Assembly (NCBI GenBank): GCA_964016885.1
Contig: OZ024740.1
Coordinates: 136,648,001 to 136,712,000, forward strand
From: Eledone cirrhosa
Lineage: Eukaryota
Direction: 5' to 3'
Length of the DNA: 64,000 nucleotides
Part shown: in pieces, positions 51,101 through 64,000 of the stretch
Layout: each line of letters begins with the position of its first letter
Numbering within the stretch: position 1 is the first letter of the stretch
The notes under the pieces: generated by a model
The model's input: only the letters and a program-made list of their open reading frames with translations
The model's database searches: none
What the model was told of the DNA's origin: nothing
Translations under genes and position numbers: made by a program

Positions 51101-51924
51101 CTGAAATACATGAACCACACCAACTGTGCTGAATTATTGCGCTCTTGTTAAAATGACTTGCCTTGTTATCTCCTATCAATGAGTGCTACCGCATTATAAA
51201 TGTTGTGCGTCATCTTGTTGATTACAATGATGAATGTTCCAGTTATTTAAACACTTAAACAACTTGCTTGTGAAATTAACATGTAATTGTTTGAGTAGTC
51301 CAGTGTCTAACAAGGCTGGGTCACAATGCTCTACTGGGAATCAAACTTACGAACTAACGATTGTGAACCAAGACATTTTTAGGTGGAAATCTATGGCTAG
51401 ATACTCTTTCTGATGCCAACATCCACCTCTATTTTTTAAGGTAAAGATCTTTGCATGTTTAACAGCTGAACATTCATATCTATGTTTATCTCAAATGTAA
51501 ACAAATATCATTGCTGGTGATGTTGAAAGCAATGAAAAGAGACAAACACATACACACAATAGGCTTCCTTAAAATTTCTACCAACCAAATTCACTCATTG
51601 GCCAGAGGCTACAGAAAATATTTGCTCTGGGTGGCATGCAACAGGATATAACACCTCACCAGATGGTTGCAAAACAAGCTTCTTAACCACACAGCCATGA
51701 CTGCCCCTACCATAAATATGATATAATGTCTACCAACAGCAATATATGCAAGCAAGTCAGCAAAACATTGAATGTTTTTCGGTGTTTTGTGCCGTGATCA
51801 TATCAGAAACTGAGAATTCTTAAGAAGCGCATCAGTGCAAAAACTCCAAGACAAGTGATAAAACAAAGAATGTGACTGGCTGGTCACATATGTACAGCAG
51901 CAGTCAGATCATTGGCATGAAAAA

Positions 51925-52108
51925 AGTGGCAGCATCGGTAGAGGGTCGGACACCATGCTTTGCAGCATAGAGTTACGGCCCTTCGTGAGCTGAGTTCAAA
52001 TCCCGCCAAGGTTAACTTTGCCATTCATCCTCATGAGGTCGATAAAATAAAGCACCAGAAATGCACTGGGATAATTGCTGGCCTTGTGCCAAAAATAGAA
52101 ACAATTAT
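51925..52108 (+). mobile_element. SINE family 1 copy
   Basis: High similarity to 4965-5160. Confidence 0.8.
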
Positions 52109-52423
52109 GATGAAAACTAACAGGAGGAAGACAAAGAAGACCATAAACCACATGGCTTCAAACTTTTCAGGACCTGAAAGCTGTCAATAGCCATTGGGAA
52201 AACAGAACATACAGCTGATTGTGAGCACTGGAAAATTGCTATGTTCAACCATGAACAGGATGGACTGACATTATTACAAATGTGCTATATAAATTATATT
52301 TTTCTCATTGTGTTAAAGGAATATTTTCTTTTTTGCATGTCATCATGTGCTAGAATTGTTTTTGGAGATGAAACAATTGAATATTATTGAATTTTAGTTG
52401 AGTACCACACAAAGATCTTTTAC

Positions 52424-52539
52424 CTCAAGGGTGAGTCTTCCATCATTAACAGCTGTTAACAGCAAAGGAAGCATTGTCTCCAAACCTGGGAAGCCTGGTG
52501 GTGGATTTTTACTGTCCTTCTCTTCTATGGTGTGTGGGG
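52424..52539 (-). CDS. CAD: CAD exon, DHO: (A)[38 protein letters not shown]
   Basis: cag acceptor, GAG|gtaaaa donor, 116 nt, phase 1-0; [16 protein letters not shown] motif. Confidence 0.96.
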
Positions 52540-53508
52540 CTGCAAAAATAAACATTACATTTTAATTGTTAGATATTGACATGGCATAAAGTGACCTAAA
52601 CATATGTGAATATTAATTACTATTATGTCCAATACTGCCATCATAACCAATAGAGGTATTACAACACCCTAAACCCTTCCCTACATTTCAAAATAGAAAA
52701 CTAAATCTACTGATCAATTCTTTCTCTTCACAAATCTTTCAACCCTTAACTATAGTCAAAATGTGATGCCCAGGCTACACTACTTAAAACTTCCCTGAAA
52801 AGGTGGTCTGTGCATATGTAGATTCCACCATTCCTGCAATTCATCCCTCTCATTTAGATATCAAGAACAAAAGCTTCCCGATACTCTGACTAAAAGTTAC
52901 TTTCCCATTCTTTAAATACATCTGCATCCACTCCCCAAACTCGTATAACCACCAATAACACTTCAACCATACCTCTTTCTGCATTGCAAACATCTACCAC
53001 ATTCTATCCTTGAAGCATTGTCTTTGGAGAATTAAATGCTCACAACTCTTGGCTTTTACATACATCTTGTATGAAACCAAGGCAAAAACCAAATCTTTTA
53101 CAATTCTCAATGCCCCACTTCAGCTAGTTTAAAACCTGGCACACATACCTGACCAACACACACACATATGCTATAAAATCCCCCCCCCCCCCCCCCCCGA
53201 ACCTATGGCACTTCAAGCCAGTTGACTGGTCAAAATTTCACCAGTACAAAGACAGCACAGAAATTCAGAGTTCAAACCAAATTCAAATAAATGAGCTTCT
53301 CTGTTTGCTTGACCTGCTAAAAACATCAGCTAACTCTTCCTCAGATGACATCCTACCATCTGAAAACATGGATACATTAGATAATCTAGTCTTACATAAG
53401 CCTAAAAAGATGGATTCGCCATGACAGGAATGTCTGATTACAGAGTCAGTTCGTTTAGGGTTATCTTGGAGCTAAACAACAAATAAAGAAAAAGAAACTG
53501 TTTCCCAC

Positions 53509-53710
53509 CATGGTCAGTCGCAAAGCAGTCAATGACATCCATGTGGTCCCAAAGGGCTTGCTGATCTTCTGGGGTCTGCAGTGAAGGTCGTACCTGGGAA
53601 CGGCCTTCACCAATTACCACATTGTCATCAGTGCTCAAAAACAAATGATGAGGGGCAACTTCACAGGTCACTGGAATACCCATGTCTTTTGCAGCTTTGA
53701 TAATCATGAT
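53509..53710 (-). CDS. CAD: CAD exon, DHO: [25 protein letters not shown]...VIDCFATDH
   Basis: tag acceptor, G|gtggga donor, 202 nt, phase 0-1; TCEVAPHHL and catalytic Asp motif ATDH. Confidence 0.96.
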
Positions 53711-54086
53711 CTAAAGAAATGGAAAGGAATAGAAATATAATAAAGACACCAGTTACTGAAGTGTATGCAGTCTTTTAGGAGTTAACTCTTAACATCCCAT
53801 AATGATTCAGTAGAAAATATTTTTAAATGGGTCGTTAATTCAAATGTTTACTGTATCTTCACCCACCGACAAACTTGTGAAAATGTGCAATATTGTATTT
53901 AAGACTATTTTTAATGTGATCTAAATAGTATTTTATACTTTTAAAAAATGCCTCGCAGTGCAGTTTGTTTTTGTACAGGATCTTATGAATTAACGAGTGA
54001 GGAATGCAATGTAAGCAAATGTTTTTTCTGAACTATTAACATGTAAAACAATAACAATGTAGATTTGCACCTGTGGTCCTCCTTAC

Positions 54087-54218
54087 CTCTTCCTTGCGAG
54101 CCACATGGCAAATGTGCACTGGTCTCTGGTATAGTTCAGCAAGCAGTATCACAGCAGCAGTTGTGGTCCCTTCAGCATGAACACACAGTGGTAAGTTGGC
54201 AGGCCAGTTCTCAAAATG
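54087..54218 (-). CDS. CAD: CAD exon, DHO: HFENWPANLPLCVHAEGTTTAAVILLAELYQRPVHICHVARKEE
   Basis: tag acceptor, GAG|gtaagg donor, 132 nt, phase 0-0; metal-ligand motifs HAE and HICHV. Confidence 0.96.
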
Positions 54219-54361
54219 CTATAAAGAACAAACAAATAAAAACCCATAAAGTCATGTTCAAGTATTTTACATCAACATCATTTAATGTTTATCTTCCACG
54301 CTACCATGGGTTAGACGGACATGCATGTAAAATAATATGGTGAAAGAGAGATATAGAGTAC

Positions 54362-54526
54362 CTTTTGCCAGTCTGCCATGCTATCCAGTTTGAGGGTGGT
54401 GTACGTCTCATTGAGGTACATCTTCAATGCTCCTGCCTTAGCTCCAATTTGAACCAGAGTCTGTGCATTATCCTTACTGGCACCAACATTGATACCATAA
54501 TCACAGTGGGCCGAGTTCTTGGCTAT
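54362..54526 (-). CDS. CAD: CAD exon, DHO: IAKNSAHCDYGINVGASKDNAQTLVQIGAKAGALKMYLNETYTTLKLDSMADWQK
   Basis: cag acceptor, AAG|gtactc donor, 165 nt, phase 0-0; contains the carboxylated-Lys motif LKxYLNET. Confidence 0.95.
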
Positions 54527-55140
54527 CTGTAAAGACAGAAATGGAAACTTATACTGTGATATGTGGAGGGAATGGAGACTTGAATTATATGGGGGGGGGG
54601 GGGGGAGTAAAGTGGAGAAGAGTTGTAGAAACAGGAGTTAGGAGCCGAGAAGTAATGAGAAGTCTAGAGAAAAAGGGGGGGGGCCTTGAAATGAGAGAGG
54701 GTGGTTGTTGTTCAGCTCTGTGTCAACCTTAATCGAGTAGACCTATGATCAAAAACATTCCAGTTGTGACCATATCTTTTAAACTCTTTTGTTACCATAT
54801 TTCTAATGAAAACCACAGACAATAATTTCCAAATAAAATAGATTCAGTAAAATAACTTTCTTATTAAGATGGTGTTTAGAGCATAACCTAGGAATTGTTT
54901 ATTTTTACATAAAATCATGCAAAATTTTTAGATAAATATAAACATCAAAAGTTTTCTATTCATAGAACCGTGGTTGATTTTGGCCAGTTCGTATCAAAAT
55001 GGTTAAGGACAATTTCCAATATCCCAAGCACATAGAGGCTTCCTGATAGGAAAGGGCAATTGTGAAGTGTAATGACTGTAAAAAAGAAAAAGTGTATATA
55101 TGTATGTGCACTCATGCCTGTATCAATACATAAAACGGAG

Positions 55141-55207
55141 TATATACATATACATATATACATATACATATATATATATATATATACATACATATATATA
55201 TATATAC

Positions 55208-55302
<95 letters not shown>

Positions 55303-55391
55303 CATACATACATACATATATACATATATATATACATACATATATATATACATATATACATATATACATATATACATATATATATATATAC

Positions 55392-55424
<33 letters not shown>

Positions 55425-56049
55425 CATACATACATATATATATACATACATACATATATATATACATACATACATATATACATACATATATATACATATA
55501 TGCATACATATATATATATATACATATATACATACATATATATATATATACATATATACATACATATATATATATATACATATATACATACATATATATA
55601 TATATATACATATATACATACATATATATATATATACATATATACATACATATATATATATATACATATATACATACATATATATATATATACATACATA
55701 TATACATACATATATACATACATACATACATATATACATACATATATACATACATATATATATATATACATACATATATACATACATATATACATACATA
55801 TATATATACATATATATATACATATATACATACATATATATATACATATATATATACATATATACATATATACATACATATATATATACATATATACATA
55901 CATATATACATATATACATACATATATATATACATATATACATACATATATACATACATATATACATACATATATACATACATATATACATACATATATA
56001 CATACATATATACATACATATATATATACATATATACATACATATATAC

Positions 56050-56098
<49 letters not shown>

Positions 56099-56109
56099 CA
56101 TATATATAC

Positions 56110-56156
<47 letters not shown>

Positions 56157-56179
56157 CATATATATATATATACATATAC

Positions 56180-56272
<93 letters not shown>

Positions 56273-56581
56273 CATATATATACATATATATATATATATA
56301 TACATATATACATATATATACATATATATACATATATATATACATATATATATATACATATATATATATACATATATATATATATACATATATATATACA
56401 TATATACATATATATACATATATACATATATATACATATATATGCATATATACATATATACATATATATACATATATATACATATATACATATATATACA
56501 TATATATACATATATATATATACATATATATATATACATATATATATATACATATATACATATATATATATACATATATAC

Positions 56582-56660
<79 letters not shown>

Positions 56661-56958
56661 CATATATATATATACATATATATATATATACATATATATA
56701 TATACATATATATATATACATATATACATATATATATACACATATATACATATATATATACATATATATATATATACATATATATATATACATATATATA
56801 TATACATATATATATATACATATATACATATATATATACATATATATATATATACATATATATGGTGGCTGCCAACTCGTTTTCGAGTACGGCCACTACT
56901 TTATATCCATGTAGGAGAACCCCTACATATATATATATACATATATACATATATATAT

Positions 56959-57021
<63 letters not shown>

Positions 57022-57036
57022 CATATATATATATAC

Positions 57037-57067
<31 letters not shown>

Positions 57068-57172
57068 CATATATATATATACATATATATATATATACAT
57101 ATATATATATACATATATATATATACATATATACATATATATATACATATATATATATATACATATATATAC

Positions 57173-57267
<95 letters not shown>

Positions 57268-57270
57268 TAC
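55141..57270. repeat. Compound (TA)n/TACA microsatellite, about 2.1 kb, with a short unique island at 56864-56925
   Basis: Directly visible. Confidence 0.98.
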
Positions 57271-57271
57271 T

Positions 57272-57615
57272 GGAGGCACATGGCTTAGTGGTTAGAGCAT
57301 TGGCCTTGCAATCGAAAGGTTGTGAGTTCAATTCTCAGACCGGGTGATGTGTTGTTTCCTTGAGCAAGACACTTTATTTCACATTGCTCCAGTTTACTCA
57401 GCTGTAGAAATGAGATGATAGGGACTGGGGTCCCTATCATTCCACTGCAAAGTGGTCGTGGAGGTGCCACGGCAAAAAAGCACCCAGCACTCACTGTAAA
57501 TGAGGTTGGTGTTAGGAAGGGCATCCGGCTGTAGAAATCAAGCCAGAACCAGTTCCCGTCCCACCCTTGCAAGCAGGGAAAAGCGGACGTAAAATGATGA
57601 TGATGATGATGATGA
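57272..57615 (+). mobile_element. Full-length SINE family 2: tRNA head, core, RTE-derived tail, (GAT)n
   Basis: A-box TGGCTTAGTGG, B-box GAGTTCAATTC, CCTTGAGCAAGACACTT core; 57452-57546 matches the RTE 3' UTR at 61588-61728 minus one module. Confidence 0.9.
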
Positions 57616-57644
57616 TATATATACATATATATATATATATACAC

Positions 57645-57691
<47 letters not shown>

Positions 57692-57795
57692 CATATATAT
57701 ATATACATATATATATATACATATACATATATACATATATATATATATATAACATATATATATATACATATATATATATATACATATATATATAT

Positions 57796-58438
57796 CATCA
57801 TCATCATCATCATCAACGTTTAACGTCCGTGTTCCACGCTTGCATGGGTTTGGACGGGGGTAGTCCCACTTGAGGCAAGAGTGATTGTCTTGCTCGCATA
57901 GGACTGTCTGGCAGGTTTTCTACAGTTGGATGCCCTTCCTAACACCAACCACATTTACAGTGTGGGTCTGGGAGGTTTTTACCGTGTTGCCTACACGGCC
58001 ACATTACAGCGTGGACTGTGTTTTTTTGTCGTGACACCTACACGATCTCATTTGTTTCGGCCTGGATGGCGCGGCACCAACATAACTTTACATAGAACGG
58101 GGTGGTGTGGATGGGGTGGGGGTGGCGGCGGGAGGGGTGTATTTTGTTAGAGATGCCTACTGGCAAGGCGGGTCTTCTCTGTTACTGAGTACCGCCAAAG
58201 GTCACGGTCCAGTGACATTGTCTTGGAGAGGTGTAAGTGTGTGAGGTCGGAGTTTATCAGCTCATCCCATGTTTTTCTAGGTCTGCCTATTCCGTGGCTA
58301 CCGTCTATCTTTATTGCCCTGCACTTTGTAATACAGCTATCGACTTTCATGCGCATCACGTGTCCATACCAACGCAGCCTTCTCTCGAGTAAACAACATC
58401 TGATCCCTCTTATCTCTAATTTTTTTCTAATATCTCTA
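57796..58438 (-). mobile_element. 5'-truncated RTE LINE, tail type B
   Basis: [28 protein letters not shown]...[11 protein letters not shown]; near-identical to 20239-20880. Confidence 0.92.
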
Positions 58439-60712
<2,274 letters not shown>

Positions 60713-61847
60713 ATGAAAAACAGACGAGAAAACAGAACCCAGATCCCCTCAGGGAAATGGCCTTGCTCAGTATGTAGGAAAGGTGTAGGTAGGAACTCCA
60801 TTCTCTGCCTCAAATGCAAACAATGGGTACACAAGAGATGTAGCGGGATCTCAGGAAGCTTAATTAAGAATGTAGGATTCACATGCAGCAGCTGTGCTGA
60901 AACAGCAAGCAAACAGCCACAGGAAACAAGTACCACCAATCTCTGGGAGGGCCCTGTAGAAACAGTAGACAGCTTCTGCTACCTAGGTGACCGAATTAGC
61001 AACGGAGGTGGGTGCTCAGAAAGTACAATAACTAGGGTAAGAACGGGATGGAAGAAGTTTAGGGAACTACTACCACTGCTAGCTGCAAAAGGCTTCTCCC
61101 TCAGAATGAAAGGCAGACTGTATGATGCGTGTATCCGAACAGCGATGTTGCATGGTAGTGAGACCTGGGCGCTGAAGGTGGAAGACTTACGTAGATTAGA
61201 GAGAAACGAAGCCTGCATGCTCCGATGGATGTGTAACAGTAATATATGTGAACGACAAAGCATAAAGGAATTGAGAGAGAGACTGAGCATAAGAGGAATC
61301 AAATGCTGCGTGCAGGAGAGGCGGTTACGCTGGTATGGACATGTGATGCGTATGAAGGATGACAGCTGCATAAAAAGGTGCACAGCACTAGAAGTTGATG
61401 GAAACCGCGGAGTGGGGAGACCCAAGATGACTTGGGATGAGGTGATAAAAGCCGACCTTACCCAACTACACCTCTCACAGTCAATGACACACGACCGTGA
61501 CTTCTGGCGTCACGCAGTAATACAGGGTACCCGACCTCCCATGGGTACATGCTGAAGCATATAAACAATATGCCCCCCCACCGCAAGGTGGTCGTGGAGG
61601 TGCCACGGCAAAAAAGCACCCAGCCCACACTGTAAAGTGGACGTGTAGGCGCCACGAAAAAGCACCCAGCACTCACTGTAAATGAGGTTGGTGTTAGGAA
61701 GGGCATCCAGCTGTAGAAATCAAGCCAGATCAGTTCCTGTATGAGCAAGGCATGGTCAGCCGACCAGACACTGCCCACAACAGGACAACCCGTCTAACCC
61801 ATGCTAGCGTGGAAGAACGGACGTAAAACGGTGATGATGATGATGAC
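60713..61847 (+). mobile_element. Young 5'-truncated RTE LINE, tail type A; ORF intact to stop at 61555
   Basis: About 280 uninterrupted codons: PHD-like finger, [30 protein letters not shown]; modular 3' UTR; (GAT)n. Confidence 0.95.
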
Positions 61848-62249
61848 ATACATATATATATATACATATATATATACATATATATACATATATATACATA
61901 TACACATATATATACATATATATATATACATATATATATGTATATATATATATGTATATATATGTATATATGTATATGTATATATATACATATATATATA
62001 TACATACATATACATATATATATGTATATATATATACATATATATACATATATATATACATATATATATGTATATATATACATATATATATATACATATA
62101 TACATATATATATATACATATATATACATATATATATATACATATATACATATATATATATACATATATATACATATATATATATACATATATATACATA
62201 TACATATATATATATATACATATATATATATACATATATATACATATAC

Positions 62250-62280
<31 letters not shown>

Positions 62281-62635
62281 CATATATATACATATATATA
62301 CATATACATATATATATACATATATATACATATATATACATATATATACATATATATACATATATATACATATATATACATATATATACATATATATATA
62401 CATATATATATACATATATATATACACATATATATACATATACATACATATACATATATATATACATATATATACATATACATATATATATACATACATA
62501 TACATATATATACATATACATATATATATACATACATATATATACATATACATATATATATACATATATATACATATACATATACATACATATATACATA
62601 TATATACATACATATATATATACATACATATATAC

Positions 62636-62674
<39 letters not shown>

Positions 62675-62819
62675 CATACATATATATATACATATATATA
62701 TATATACATACATATATATATACATACATATATATATACATATATATATATATACATACATATATATATACATACATATATATATACATATATATATATA
62801 TACATACATATATATATAC

Positions 62820-62850
<31 letters not shown>

Positions 62851-63223
62851 CATATATACATATATACATATACATATATATATACATACAAATATACATA
62901 TACATATATATATACATACATATATACATATATATATACATATATATATACATATATATATATATACATATATATATACATATACATATACATATATACA
63001 TATACATATATATATATATACATATATATATATACATATATATATATACATATATATATATACATATATATATATACATATATATACATACATATACATA
63101 TATATATACATATATATATATACATATACATATATATATATACATATACATATATATATATACATATACATATACATATATATATATACATATACATATA
63201 TATATATACATACACATATATAT

Positions 63224-63270
<47 letters not shown>

Positions 63271-63901
63271 TATATACATATATATATATACATATACATA
63301 TACATATATATATATACATATACATATACATATATATACATATACATATATATACATATACATATATATATACATATACATATATATATACATATATATA
63401 TATATATACATATATATATACATATATATATATATATACATATATATATACATATACATATATATATACATATATATATACATATATATATACATATACA
63501 TATATATATACATATATATATATATACATATATATATACATATACATATATATATACATATATATATATATACATATATATATACATATATATATATATA
63601 CATATATATATACATATATATATATACATACATATATATATACATATATATATACATATATATATACATATATATATACATATATATACATATATATATA
63701 CATATATATATATATATACATATATATATACATATATATATATATATACATATATATATACATATATATATATATATACATATATATATACATATATATA
63801 TATATATACATATATATATACATATATATATATATATACATATATATATACATATATATATATATATACATATATATATACATATATATATACATATATA
63901 C

Positions 63902-63992
<91 letters not shown>

Positions 63993-64000
63993 CATATATA
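61848..64000. repeat. Compound (TA)n/TACA microsatellite, more than 2.1 kb, runs off window
   Basis: Directly visible. Confidence 0.98.

Larger units (their letters stand above)
12585..54526 (-). other. CAD: CAD gene, 3' portion (DHO domain, linker, ATC domain); 5' exons outside window
   Basis: 13 GT-AG exons with matching phases sum to 2148 nt (716 codons incl. stop); translation follows metazoan CAD from CDY..GAS through [38 protein letters not shown] to [14 protein letters not shown]. Confidence 0.98.

Noticed and set aside
57272-57345. tRNA gene
   Set aside because: A and B boxes are present but no complete cloverleaf; it continues into SINE core and tail.
61625-61690. Hammerhead ribozyme in the LINE tail
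   Set aside because: The loop is CUGUAAA, not CUGANGA, and no three-way junction with a GAAA/UH core was found.

Overview
AT-rich animal genomic DNA, most likely an octopod/coleoid cephalopod (inferred from repeat content only). The window holds the 3' part of the multi-exon CAD gene on the minus strand. Thirteen hand-mapped, phase-consistent GT-AG exons (54526 down to stop at 12585; 2148 nt) encode most of the dihydroorotase domain, the DHO-ATC linker and the whole aspartate transcarbamylase domain; the 5' exons lie beyond 64000. A probable exon of an unidentified downstream gene sits at 1-158 (-). Introns contain RTE-clade LINEs, tRNA-derived SINEs, a mariner, a DD37D/maT element, piggyBac-type MITEs, a candidate Helitron and about 6.5 kb of (TA)n/TACA microsatellite. 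Best leads: (1) a cluster of frame-preserving phase-1 mini/microexons, plus possible poison splice sites, in the 19.7-kb intron of the CAD linker; (2) a LINE-derived palindrome whose two arms carry complementary deletions; (3) a PHD finger inserted inside the RT of the dominant LINE; (4) covarying stem-loops shared by the LINE and SINE 3' tails. All calls are by eye; no searches were run.
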